The notes under the pieces are model-generated. The model ran no database searches, was not told the DNA's origin, and was given only the letters and a program-made list of their open reading frames with translations. Of a DNA stretch of 64,000 nt, positions 1 to 9,333 are shown in pieces. Position numbers and translations under genes: made by a program. Each line of letters begins with the position of its first letter. Within the stretch, counting starts at the first letter, position 1. The DNA lies in assembly GCF_000317515.1 (NCBI RefSeq), contig NC_019738.1, forward strand, positions 1,809,623 to 1,873,622, given 5' to 3'. Source of the stretch: Allocoleopsis franciscana PCC 7113 (GTDB taxonomy: Bacteria; Cyanobacteriota; Cyanobacteriia; Cyanobacteriales; Coleofasciculaceae).

Positions 1-338
1 AGGATTTCTACAATAATATTGGGGTATTTCCCATCTTCATGCCAGACCACCCAGCTTTTACGGGGTTTGCGTTCAGTTCCTAGTACCACGAAAAAATCCG
101 GCCCTCGGAAGTCTTCTGATTTGCGCTGACGTGGACTGTAATAGATGGTGAGATTACCAGCCGAAAAAAAGTCATTGCAATCGCGCCACCACCAATCCAG
201 GCATTTGAGCAGCAGCAGCATTTGTTGTAAATGAAAATAACTTTCCAATTGCGGCTCGTCACTATATAAATCGCTAGGGGGAAAGATAACATCTTCGGGG
301 ATGTCTTGGGAGATTTCTAAGTCTTGGGTGAGGGACAT
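1..338 (-). CDS. Uma2 family (DUF820) putative restriction-endonuclease-like protein, partial (runs off window start)
   Basis: Minus-strand ATG at 338. Translation MSLTQDLEISQDIPEDVIFPPSDLYSDEPQLESYF...GPDFFVVLGTERKPRKSWVVWHEDGKYPNIIVEI matches the Uma2/DUF820 signature (PDFFV..G....R.SWVVWEE.GK.P..V.E) that is also present in two other genes of this window. No stop before position 1. Confidence 0.75.
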   Translation of the reverse strand, partial: MSLTQDLEISQDIPEDVIFPPSDLYSDEPQLESYFHLQQMLLLLKCLDWWWRDCNDFFSAGNLTIYYSPRQRKSEDFRGPDFFVVLGTERKPRKSWVVWHEDGKYPNIIVEI

Positions 339-416
339 GGCCGTTTCATTCAATTATTGCTGAATCTAGTTTAGTCAACGGTGGAAAGGGCGATCGCAGC
401 AGCTAAATTAAATGCG

Positions 417-821
417 TCACAGCTTATCATTACCTGTTGTTGATGGTGGAGTATCCCCTGAAGAGGACGTTTCAACTGTCAGATTACCTGCAATATTCGC
501 CTGATTCTGGGGATTTCTACCACCTGGAGAGGGCATCCACCACGCCAGTATGGATGTTACACCGCCCCAATAGATTGCATCGTTTTTGCCATCCTTTGCA
601 CCTACAGCAAGCTGATTGATACAAAAACTTAAGACGATCGCACTAAAAGCCACCTGCACAACAAACCGAAATAAATCTGGATGTTGCACACAAAACAAGG
701 CAAATGATCCGACTCTGGTGGTTGTAAACGTCGATGCGCCTAGTTTTACCTCAGGTATATTCGTCGATGATGGAACAGATGAACTAGCGGAATGGGGTGT
801 GGAAGATGATGTACTGTCCAT
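417..821 (-). CDS. hypothetical Ser/Thr-rich protein with one predicted TM helix
   Basis: ORF with ATG at 821 (MDSTSSSTPHS...). Hydrophobic stretch FRFVVQVAFSAIVLSFCI. No recognisable family; overlapping plus-strand ORFs look less protein-like. Confidence 0.3.
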   Translation of the reverse strand: MDSTSSSTPHSASSSVPSSTNIPEVKLGASTFTTTRVGSFALFCVQHPDLFRFVVQVAFSAIVLSFCINQLAVGAKDGKNDAIYWGGVTSILAWWMPSPGGRNPQNQANIAGNLTVETSSSGDTPPSTTGNDKL

Positions 822-1371
822 AGTCGTAACCCTCAACAAGATAATTTACAAAAGCTGATAGCAAACTGCACTGATTGCTCTCCCATAAAATCTGTGCCAA
901 AGCCTATCCCTTAACCCCAGATGAAAACCATAGATTGAGAGCCGGAGGCGAATACTTCAATAGACCTATTGTCACCAATAGTCCGGTTCACAATCAAGTT
1001 AATTTTTGGCTCAAATTAACTACAACTGAAACGGCACTCTGGCTCCAATTAGGAGTCTTTTCACTCACTTGTCCCAACGAGTAAGCTTTTCAGGCTGATG
1101 GGTTTTCCGTTGGTATCTCATCCTATAAGCCACCCAATACCCAAACACATCTGGGGTGCTGCCATGACTTGTGCCTAATTTATGATCCATTTGTCTATGA
1201 CTTTGGGTGGCTTGCCGAACCGAGTGGAAACGAATAGCATTTTGAAGTTGGTGCGTCACCCTGCCATATACAATGCAAAACACGGAAGGAAGACCATTTA
1301 ACTTGCCAGCACTGTGTCCAAGACTTCCTCGAAACAGGCTGACCTTTACAGCAAATTGAGGGGATCAAGTG

Positions 1372-2877
1372 TTGATGATGGATCTTCGGCAAATCAAGCA
1401 ATTCAAATCCGGCGTTCGGTTCGTCGCCTTATCCGGAGTGTTAGCTGTCGTTAGCACTGGGGGTTGGCTAATCTATAGTCAAACATTTAATCAAGCGGCT
1501 CAACCGCTTGCGGTGCGTTTGCTCACAGTCAAACGAGGCAATGTAGAACTCGTGATCAATGAGAGTGGTACTGTTGAACTGGGAGGTCAACAACAGCTAA
1601 AATCTCCTGGAGAAGTCACGGTGGATCGAGTCCTGGTTAAGGTTGGCGATCGCGTTCGTGTTGGTCAGAAACTGCTCGTCCTCCGCAATCCACAGCGACA
1701 AACAAACCTGGAAAACCAGCAGCTAGAGATTCGCAAACAACAACTCAAGCTCACCCGCAGCCGCCAGAAGGTGGAAGAGGCGAAAGAAAAGCTGGCAGCC
1801 GCCCAAAAGGAACTCAAAGAGCCGCTCAACCAACAATTTTTGATTCGTAAACAAGAACTCATCCTGGAACGCAGCCGCCAGAAGGTGGAAGAAGCCAAAG
1901 AAAAGTTAGCCACCGCTCAACAGAAACTTCAGCAATTAGAAATTCTGGATCAAAAAGGCTTCATTCCGGCTAATGAACTGCAAGAACAAAAAGAACAAAT
2001 CCGCAATGCTGAGTTTGCCGTGCGGGATGCTCAAAGCGTTGTTAACGCAGAGATTCTCGAACTTCAGCGCCTGCAAGCCGAGAAACAACGTCCCTCTCAA
2101 CTCCAAGACCAGGTGATCGAGGCGCAATCTGAATTGCAAGAAGCTCGCTCCTCCGTTAACACCGATAGCAGCGAACTCCAGCGCCTTCAAGTAGAGCGAG
2201 AGAGTATTCAGGAGCAACTACAAAATAATATTGTCACGGCTCCCATTGCGGGTAAGGTTTTGGATGTCCAAGCCAAGGATGGAGATGGAGTCAAACCCGG
2301 TGATGTGTTGTTGACTCTAGGCAACCCGGCACAAGAATTGGTGAACCTTCAGCTATCCACGCTGAACGCGACTAAAGTCCGAGTCAAACAAAAAGCCCGG
2401 ATTAAGGTGATTGGACCCGATGCTAAATCTTATCAGGGACAAGTCAAGAGCTTGTATCCTCAAGCGATCGCACCAGACGACAACCCAGGCTCATCCCGAA
2501 GCCAATCAGCCCAAGCCAAAGTCCCTGCGATCGTTCAGCTTGACGAACCCACGGGTACTTTAATTCCAGGAAGCCAAGTCAGTGTTGAGATTATTCAAGA
2601 ACAACGACAGAACGTATTAACGTTAGATCCATCTGCCATTGAACGTTCTGAATCAAAACCGTTTGTTTGGATTCGAGACGATTATGGTAAGGCTCAAAAA
2701 CGACCGATCACGTTAGGGCTAGAAGGAGCAACTCATGTAGAAGTTAGATCCGGCTTACGTCCCGATGAACACGTCATACTGCCCCCACCTGAAACTCCCC
2801 TCAAACCGGGAATACCTGTTGTTCCTCAAACGAGTTTTCCTACTCCTAGTTCTAATATTAGTCCTGTTCAGTCCTAA
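1372..2877 (+). CDS. HlyD-family membrane fusion protein (DevB-like efflux adaptor) with a long coiled coil containing an internal tandem duplication
   Basis: N-terminal TM anchor, biotinyl/lipoyl-like hairpin motifs (VKVGDRVRVGQKLLVL ... NIVTAPIAGKVLDVQAKDGDGVKPGD). Duplicated segment RSRQKVEEAKEKLA(A/T)AQ(K/Q)(E/K)L within the coiled coil. Followed by a permease and a TolC-like gene. Confidence 0.85.
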   Translation: MMMDLRQIKQFKSGVRFVALSGVLAVVSTGGWLIYSQTFNQAAQPLAVRLLTVKRGNVELVINESGTVELGGQQQLKSPGEVTVDRVLVKVGDRVRVGQKLLVLRNPQRQTNLENQQLEIRKQQLKLTRSRQKVEEAKEKLAAAQKELKEPLNQQFLIRKQELILERSRQKVEEAKEKLATAQQKLQQLEILDQKGFIPANELQEQKEQIRNAEFAVRDAQSVVNAEILELQRLQAEKQRPSQLQDQVIEAQSELQEARSSVNTDSSELQRLQVERESIQEQLQNNIVTAPIAGKVLDVQAKDGDGVKPGDVLLTLGNPAQELVNLQLSTLNATKVRVKQKARIKVIGPDAKSYQGQVKSLYPQAIAPDDNPGSSRSQSAQAKVPAIVQLDEPTGTLIPGSQVSVEIIQEQRQNVLTLDPSAIERSESKPFVWIRDDYGKAQKRPITLGLEGATHVEVRSGLRPDEHVILPPPETPLKPGIPVVPQTSFPTPSSNISPVQS

Positions 2878-3092
2878 AATGTTTTCCCTTTGTACACACC
2901 GTCATGAGGATTTTGCACTTGTGTATAACAATCCTAAACCATAAGGTAAGATTAGCTGTTTTTCAGGAACAACAGAGACACAGAAGGCGCTCCAGGAGAG
3001 AAAGGGAGTTGAATCAATGATAAATATAAATAATTATTTAGGACTGAAAATAGAACTTTGTAAAGTAAAAAAGATAATCTTCCCCATACCTC

Positions 3093-4274
3093 ATGAGTCT
3101 CTCCTCCCTCGATCTTCTCGCCCTCACCTTTAATTCCCTGCGCGGCAACCCCTTGCGTTCTGCCTTAACTACTCTTGGAGTATTCATGGGTGTAGCGTCA
3201 GTCAGTGCCACACTTCAGGTTGGCACTATCAGTCGGGCAGTGATTGAAAAGGAATTGTCAAAGCGAGAAGCGCCTCATCTTACTGTTGGGCTGTGGAGAA
3301 TTAAAGGTAGGGAGGCAAAACTAGAAGATATGGAATTTTTCCGACAACAACTCAAAGGTTTGCAATCCATCAGTGCGGTTAATTTCGTTTGGGAATTGGG
3401 GAGTCCAACCGTATTTCAGGGTCGAGAAGCAGAGCCAGATATTCTGGCAATTTCCCCAGACTATTTGCTGACTTCGGGGCGGCGAGTATTGGTCGGTCGC
3501 TCTTTTACAAAGGCTGATTTTGTTAACTATCGACCTGTTGTTCTGATTGATGAAATTTTAGCCCAACAACTGTTTCCAGACCAAGATCCCAGGGGTCAAC
3601 TCATCTTCACCGGACAAAACCCATTTCTCGTGATTGGCGTGATAGAAACTAAACGTAATTCTGAGGAAGATGAACCAAAAGGTGGGTTATTGATGCCGAT
3701 GTCAACCTACAGTTCTATCACGGGGAAACAGCGGATTAATTCTCTCTGGCTACGACCCCAAAACCTCAAAGATATGAAAAAAATAGAAGCTCAAGCTAAG
3801 GCCATCTTTGAGCAACAGTTTCCTGACTCGGATTTTTCTTCCTGGAATAATGTTGACGATATTCTCCAACAACGAGAAACCTTTGAACTCGCCACACGAG
3901 GACTCACGGCTGTGGGCATCATCTCATTGCTGATTGGTGGAGTAGGCATTGCTAATATTACGATCGCCGCCGTGATGGAACGTACCCCAGAAATTGGATT
4001 AAGACGAGCAATTGGGGCAACCCGGAGAGATATTTTACTGCAATTCATTCTAGAAGCCGCACTGTTAAGCCTAGTTGGAGGCATTGGCGCGATCGCTACT
4101 GTACATGGATTAACAGTAGTGGTGGCAAATACGTTCAAATTACCCTATACATTCAAGAGTAATATCGCCGTTTTATCCTTAAGTTCAGCCTTACTCGTCG
4201 GTGTGGGTGCTGGTTTTCTCCCTGCTATTCGCGCTAGCCAAATCGATCCGGTGAAAGCGCTACGGAGTGAATGA
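3093..4274 (+). CDS. ABC exporter permease, FtsX/MacB-like (DevC-like)
   Basis: 393 aa. N-terminal TM, large periplasmic domain, C-terminal FtsX-type 3-TM bundle (GGVGIANITIAAVMERTPEIGLRRAIGATRRDIL...). Length and architecture typical of DevC. Confidence 0.85.
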   Translation: MSLSSLDLLALTFNSLRGNPLRSALTTLGVFMGVASVSATLQVGTISRAVIEKELSKREAPHLTVGLWRIKGREAKLEDMEFFRQQLKGLQSISAVNFVWELGSPTVFQGREAEPDILAISPDYLLTSGRRVLVGRSFTKADFVNYRPVVLIDEILAQQLFPDQDPRGQLIFTGQNPFLVIGVIETKRNSEEDEPKGGLLMPMSTYSSITGKQRINSLWLRPQNLKDMKKIEAQAKAIFEQQFPDSDFSSWNNVDDILQQRETFELATRGLTAVGIISLLIGGVGIANITIAAVMERTPEIGLRRAIGATRRDILLQFILEAALLSLVGGIGAIATVHGLTVVVANTFKLPYTFKSNIAVLSLSSALLVGVGAGFLPAIRASQIDPVKALRSE

Positions 4275-4381
4275 GCTTCATCAGATCTCGATGTTGGGAT
4301 TCTGAAACGCAGCACTACTCAATGCAGCATCGCTTTGATGTAGGCTTGCCAATCAGATTCATCTACTGAAAGCACTGTCTT

Positions 4382-6352
4382 ATGCCAAAATCCCTCAACC
4401 CAGCCTCTAAACGTCCCAACCCACGAGATTATCTGCCTTTTCCCCGCATCAGCATTTTTATTTCCACAGTCCTCGGTATGCTCATCGCCGTTGTCGGCAC
4501 CGCTTGGACATTCACCCTCGCGTTTAAACCTCAGCCAGCACCCAAAGCTTCTGTCAACGACAAAATAGCCCTCAAATCACCCATCCTTGAGCCAACTTTG
4601 TCACAGCCTTTCACCCCTAGGCTGAAGCCAACCCATCCACCGATTGCTGAAGAAACACCAGCGCAGCATCCCGCCTCATACCCAGTTGCGTTCAAACCGC
4701 TAACCAGAACCTCACCCCCAACCCCTTCCTCATCCTCACTAAAGCTTCGGCTACAAGGAGAGGGGAGTCATTTAACTTGCCTCTTGGAATGCCACTGGGT
4801 ATCAAATGCCGAGAACGCCCCTTTGGCAGTCTACCCATTTCTGAGCCAAGAGACGGGGTTGAACTCAGTTCAGATGTTACAAAACCTCCCCACCCAACAC
4901 CAGGAAATCGCTCCCATTCAAACCCAGAAAACACAACAAACCCAGCCCATTGCTGACAACCCATTAACCGAAAATCAACCCAAACCTGTAGCGAAATCGC
5001 GTGCCATTAAACTCACTCTTTCGGATGTTGTCATTCTGGCTTTAGAGAACAATCGACCGATTAAAAATGCCTACCTCGAACGAATTGCCCAAAAACAAGA
5101 ACTAGCTGTAGCAGAAGATAAATTTTCTCCTGATTTCACTCCTACCGTGTCCATATCTATTGCACAATTAGGCACAAATCGCAGGACAACCGATGCAGAC
5201 TTAGGAATCGGGGCAACGGTTTCTGTAAAAGTTCCGACAGGAGGAGAGCTGAGTTTTCGTTGGGCAACCAATGGTCAGACGGTATCTCAAAATGGCCTGA
5301 ATCTTGATATCAATGATGACCCTTTCAGTCAAAATCTACAGCTCAGTTTTAACCAACCTTTATTAAGGGGTTTTGGAGTGAACGTAAATAGAGCTTCGGT
5401 TGATATTGCTCGATTGACGGAACAGGTTAATATCTTGGATTTAAAATCTACCCTAAGTAACACGATTACAGAAGCCATCCTCGCTTATCGTGAATTAATT
5501 CGGGCACAGGAACAGCTAAAAATTGCTCAAATTTCCCTACAAAGAGCAGAAGAATCATTAGCTAATAACCGAATTTTAATTGAGTCCGGTAGACTCGCCC
5601 CCGTTGATATTGTTCAAAGTGAAACTGAGGTGGCGAGGAGACAAGTCAGTTTGATAGAAGCTGAAAACAACCTTGAAGCCGCTAGATTACGCCTAGTGAA
5701 TATTGTTGATATTGAGCCAACGGCTGTCATTGTAGCTACTGACTCCTTGATTGCACCTGCCGTTTCTCTCAATTCAGACAATCTCAGGCAATTAGCGTTT
5801 GAAAATCAACCGGATTATTTGAAGGCACAGTTAGATTTAGAAAGAACTAAATTGGCCTTATTGCAAGCGGAGAATAACCGACTTTGGGATTTAAACCTGA
5901 ATACCAGTTACGGTTATGCTTCTAACAACACCAGCGATGTCCGAATCGGATTAGGGTTGAGCCGTCAAATTGGTGATTTAACAGTAGAACGAGATTTTCA
6001 ACGCCGTTTAGTCAACCAAATCCAAGCCGAAAATACTCTCACGGAGCAACGTGAGAGTTTAGATATTCAGTTAATAGATAGGATTAGAAATGTTAATCTG
6101 AGTTTCGCTCAGGTAGAACTGGCTAAAAAAGTCACAGAGTCCTCGGAAAAGCAACTAGAAATTGCACGAGAAAAACAAAGATTAGGGAGAGATATTACCG
6201 TTTTTGAGTTAATCCGACTTCAGGATGATTTAGTCCAAGCCAGAAATGTAGAACTTAATGCAATTATTAACTACCTTAATGCTTTAACCCGATTAGATCA
6301 GACTCTAGGCACAACCTTAGACACCTGGCAAGTAAAGATTGATAGACAATAA
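4382..6352 (+). CDS. TolC-family outer membrane efflux protein with Pro-rich N-terminal extension
   Basis: C-terminal ~430 aa show two outer-membrane-efflux-protein repeats (LTLSDVVILALENNRPIKNAYL..., LAFENQPDYLKAQLDLER...). N-terminal 200 aa are Pro/Ser/Thr-rich after a hydrophobic segment. Confidence 0.8.
   Translation: MPKSLNPASKRPNPRDYLPFPRISIFISTVLGMLIAVVGTAWTFTLAFKPQPAPKASVNDKIALKSPILEPTLSQPFTPRLKPTHPPIAEETPAQHPASYPVAFKPLTRTSPPTPSSSSLKLRLQGEGSHLTCLLECHWVSNAENAPLAVYPFLSQETGLNSVQMLQNLPTQHQEIAPIQTQKTQQTQPIADNPLTENQPKPVAKSRAIKLTLSDVVILALENNRPIKNAYLERIAQKQELAVAEDKFSPDFTPTVSISIAQLGTNRRTTDADLGIGATVSVKVPTGGELSFRWATNGQTVSQNGLNLDINDDPFSQNLQLSFNQPLLRGFGVNVNRASVDIARLTEQVNILDLKSTLSNTITEAILAYRELIRAQEQLKIAQISLQRAEESLANNRILIESGRLAPVDIVQSETEVARRQVSLIEAENNLEAARLRLVNIVDIEPTAVIVATDSLIAPAVSLNSDNLRQLAFENQPDYLKAQLDLERTKLALLQAENNRLWDLNLNTSYGYASNNTSDVRIGLGLSRQIGDLTVERDFQRRLVNQIQAENTLTEQRESLDIQLIDRIRNVNLSFAQVELAKKVTESSEKQLEIAREKQRLGRDITVFELIRLQDDLVQARNVELNAIINYLNALTRLDQTLGTTLDTWQVKIDRQ
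4734..4765. repeat. copy of short dispersed repeat (CCTCACTAAAGCTYCGGCT...GGGG) lying in frame inside the TolC-like CDS
   Basis: cctcactaaagcttcggctacaaggagagggg is near-identical over the first 19 nt to intergenic copies at 8256-8286 and (inverted) 46137-46167. It encodes SSLKLRLQGEG in the protein. Confidence 0.6.
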
Positions 6353-6450
6353 GGCATTAAGAGGCTGTGATAACCCGTCTAAATCCTTACTCATATTGAT
6401 GGCTGTATCACGGTAAGATATTTCTGGTTGATAGCCTTTTATCTTTCATA

Positions 6451-7416
6451 ATGAGCCAAATTTCTTCTCCAACATCTACCCATTCTCCCATTAAACTGTT
6501 TGAACAACCCAGTCAATGGCTCTACGCCTTTTGGAAATTCTCGCGCCCTCACACGATTATTGGCACCAGCCTGAGTGTTTTGGCGTTGTATCTGATTACT
6601 GTGACAACCACTAATAGCCAAGTCACATTGGAAAGTATAGAGCAACTGCTGGGAGCGTTGCTGTCCTGTTTGTGCGGTAATGTCTACATTGTTGGACTCA
6701 ATCAACTAGAAGATGTAGAAATTGACCAAATTAATAAACCCCATCTTCCAGTTGCTGCCGGTGAATTTTCGCGGCGACAAGCTCAAATTATTGTCGCTGT
6801 AACGGGTATCCTCGCATTACTATTAGCAGGTTTACTAGGGACATGGTTGTTCTTGATGGTGAGTATTAGTTTAGCCATTGGAACAGCGTATTCGCTCCCA
6901 CCAATCCGATTGAAGCGATTTCCCTTTTGGGCAGCATTATGTATTTTTTCAGTTAGGGGAGCTATTGTTAATTTAGGGCTGTTTTTGCACTTTAGCAATT
7001 GTTTATTAGGGACTGTTCTGTTTCCCACTGCACCCGTGTGGGTGCTAACCTTATTTATTGTGGTATTTACCTTTGCGATCGCGATTTTCAAAGATATTCC
7101 CGATATAGAAGGTGACAAGCAGTACAACATCACTACATTTACGATCAAACTGGGTCAACAAGCAGTGTTTAATTTGGCTCGTTGGGTAATAACCGTATGT
7201 TATCTAGGGATGCTCATTGCCGGAATATTTTGGCTATCGGCTTCTGTTAATCCAATTGTTTTGGGTGTTAGTCATCTAGTATTGTTGGGTATCTTGTGGT
7301 GGCGGAGTCGGAATGTAGACTTGCAAGATAAAATCGCGATCGCACAGTTTTATCAATTTATCTGGAAACTCTTCTTCCTAGAATATTTAATCTTTCCCGC
7401 CGCCTGTTTATTATAA
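6451..7416 (+). CDS. hpt: UbiA-family prenyltransferase, homogentisate phytyltransferase-like (tocopherol/plastoquinone branch)
   Basis: Multi-TM protein with the UbiA-type Asp-rich motif NQLEDVEIDQINKPHLPVAAGEFS, very similar to the cyanobacterial HPT motif NQxxDxxIDKxNKPxLPLAxGExS. Second motif region KDIPDIEGD. Confidence 0.7.
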   Translation: MSQISSPTSTHSPIKLFEQPSQWLYAFWKFSRPHTIIGTSLSVLALYLITVTTTNSQVTLESIEQLLGALLSCLCGNVYIVGLNQLEDVEIDQINKPHLPVAAGEFSRRQAQIIVAVTGILALLLAGLLGTWLFLMVSISLAIGTAYSLPPIRLKRFPFWAALCIFSVRGAIVNLGLFLHFSNCLLGTVLFPTAPVWVLTLFIVVFTFAIAIFKDIPDIEGDKQYNITTFTIKLGQQAVFNLARWVITVCYLGMLIAGIFWLSASVNPIVLGVSHLVLLGILWWRSRNVDLQDKIAIAQFYQFIWKLFFLEYLIFPAACLL

Positions 7417-7528
7417 AGGCTGAAGGATGAAGAAGGAAGGATGCAAATCATTTCTACTTTATCCAGTGGAAAGCCGTTTTAACATCTCATCGCCTTTCAC
7501 TCTTGACTTCAATCCCGGTTGTTTGTAG

Positions 7529-7549
7529 GGGCACGATAATATCGTGCCT
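7529..7549. terminator. perfect 9-bp-arm palindrome (GGCACGATA-A-TATCGTGCC) between convergent genes, putative bidirectional terminator or protein-binding site
   Basis: Seen directly: ggcacgataatatcgtgcc at 7530-7548, between the HPT stop (7416) and the stop of the minus-strand gene (7592). Confidence 0.4.
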
Positions 7550-7591
7550 TACCAGTGATGTAGTCTATCAGTAGCTGAAGCCCTTGAGAAT

Positions 7592-8188
7592 TTAAGCAAC
7601 TAACTCCTTCTGCTTTCTCGATGCCACTAAGCGAAGCATCATTGCTAAAACTAACAAGATGACCAAGGGAGAATAGCTCAGCATTGAATTGGGCAGCTTA
7701 AAGCTGTATTCAAACAGAAACCCTAACCAGAAAAAGTGCATTCCAGTACTGTGTAAAATCTTCCACCCGCGTTTACCTAACCAAGCGGCTGGGCGATTGA
7801 AGGAGGTTACAGTCATGGCAAACAGCAAGACGTAGCCAAATAGTCCCAATGGGTTGGAGGATGGAGCAGCGCCAGCCGTGACGAACCATAAACCGGAAAG
7901 AGCGATCGCATGATAAGTATGGGACACTGCCATTGATATTCCCAGATAACGGCGATTTTTCAGGAGCCATGCTGAGAGTGGAGTTGACCAAAGTTTGTGC
8001 AGCGAGGAAGCAACAAATGCACCGAGAAATAGGATGGTTGATGTACGAGCCGTTGCTCGAATTGCCATCCGCATTCCTTGTTCATCAATGCCATGAAACA
8101 GCCAAATTATGGCAACCATAGTGCCGACTGTCAGCGCTGAAAAACCAACGATGCGCCATCCTTGTAATGGGAATTTTGTACCTCTCAT
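7592..8188 (-). CDS. integral membrane protein, possibly ferric-reductase-like/MsrQ-like heme-binding TM protein
   Basis: 198 aa, ~5 predicted TM helices with conserved His inside helices (SHTYHAIALSG, HSTGMHFFWLG). Family assignment is tentative. Confidence 0.5.
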   Translation of the reverse strand: MRGTKFPLQGWRIVGFSALTVGTMVAIIWLFHGIDEQGMRMAIRATARTSTILFLGAFVASSLHKLWSTPLSAWLLKNRRYLGISMAVSHTYHAIALSGLWFVTAGAAPSSNPLGLFGYVLLFAMTVTSFNRPAAWLGKRGWKILHSTGMHFFWLGFLFEYSFKLPNSMLSYSPLVILLVLAMMLRLVASRKQKELVA

Positions 8189-8255
8189 GCTTGGGAATTC
8201 CTTGAATATTGCTGGTGTTCAAAATCTTGCGCCACCTCTTTGACCCCCCTAACCT

Positions 8256-8286
8256 CCTCACTAAAGCTCCGGCTTAATAAGGGGGG
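8256..8286. repeat. short dispersed repeat copy (CCTCACTAAAGCTCCGGCTTAATAAGGGGGG)
   Basis: Matches the reverse complement of 46137-46167 at 28 of 31 positions. A related G-rich hairpin ctccccttagcaaggggag follows at 8330-8350. Confidence 0.6.
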
Positions 8287-8464
8287 AATATTAGGAAGAA
8301 CTTTTATTATTAGGGGAACTTAGCTCCCTCCCCTTAGCAAGGGGAGGGCTGGGGTGGGGTAAAAACGATTGGCTACAAGATCTGATTGATAGGTACTTAA
8401 TTTAGCGATCGCTCCCTAATCTTGTCTTGCCTAATCTCCCGAAAAATGTCCTAATCTTCAGAAT

Positions 8465-9325
8465 TCACAGAGCTTTTCTGTATGCTTTAGGTGTCGTTTT
8501 AGTATGTTGGCGAAACACCCTCGTGAAATGACTTTGACTCGCAAAACCCACTTCCTGACAGATTTCCACAAGCGCTAATTCTTGATGGCGCAGCAACTGC
8601 TTGGCTTTCTCAATCCGGCATTTCATCACGTACTGATGCGGTGTAAATCCTGTAGATTGTTTGAATAAACTGGCAAAGTAATTCGGACTCATCCGCACGG
8701 CAGCAGCAATTTCAGCCAGCGTCAAATTTTGGTCTAAATGCTCGTTGATGTAGCTTACCGCTTGCCTTAGCTTATAGTTGGGCAATCCACCTGTATAGTC
8801 TTTAATCTTCTGTGGGTGGGAACAGTATCGCCTGAGTAAATGCGCCGATAGTGCTGTTGCCATAGACTCCGCGTAAAGCCGACTGTCGGTACCCCCAGCT
8901 TCTAACTCCGCCTTCAGTGCCAATCCCATGTGCTGAATTAAGGGATCGTGTATCTGCCATTGCGGTACTAACTCGACTTTATCTGGATTCACCGATTCAC
9001 AAGCCGCACGGGTAAGTGTGGTAGGTTCGAGAAACAGTTCGAGTAATGGCACTTCGCGATCGACTTGTGTCTTGGGTAGGGATTGGGTAGCGGGGATAAT
9101 GGCAATCTCCCCCTGAGCGTAATCTACCTGTTTCCAACGTCCATCAAGTAGATAGGTGGCACGAAAATCATCCAGAGCAATCAGAATAAAGTGCTGACGG
9201 AGGTGAGTTTCAGCCATTTCGTCAGCGGGTTCTAGCTCATAGATGAGGTTCAAGCCATCCCATCCTGACTCGAAGCTGGAGAGGAGGTGTAAGTGTACAG
9301 GCGGTTCGCTGCTGGACACGATCAA
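8465..9325 (-). CDS. AraC-family transcriptional regulator
   Basis: C-terminal AraC HTH pair (LTLAEIAAAVRMSPNYFASLFKQSTGFTPHQYVMKCRIEKAKQLLRHQELALVEICQEVGFASQSHFTRVFRQHTKTTPKAYRK). The true start may be an internal Met, since only 8 bp separate it from the divergent WD40 ORF. Confidence 0.85.
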   Translation of the reverse strand: MIVSSSEPPVHLHLLSSFESGWDGLNLIYELEPADEMAETHLRQHFILIALDDFRATYLLDGRWKQVDYAQGEIAIIPATQSLPKTQVDREVPLLELFLEPTTLTRAACESVNPDKVELVPQWQIHDPLIQHMGLALKAELEAGGTDSRLYAESMATALSAHLLRRYCSHPQKIKDYTGGLPNYKLRQAVSYINEHLDQNLTLAEIAAAVRMSPNYFASLFKQSTGFTPHQYVMKCRIEKAKQLLRHQELALVEICQEVGFASQSHFTRVFRQHTKTTPKAYRKAL

Positions 9326-9333
9326 AGGTTATC

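Noticed and set aside
437-858. Plus-strand ORFs 437-619 and 616-858 overlapping the minus-strand 417-821 ORF
   Set aside because: Mutually overlapping. The minus-strand product has a clear TM helix and a more protein-like composition. Even that call is weak.
1665-1913. 82-aa antisense ORF inside the DevB-like gene
   Set aside because: Lies opposite the duplicated coiled-coil codons. Low-complexity Ser/Leu/Arg-rich product typical of antisense of Glu/Lys/Ala-rich repeats.
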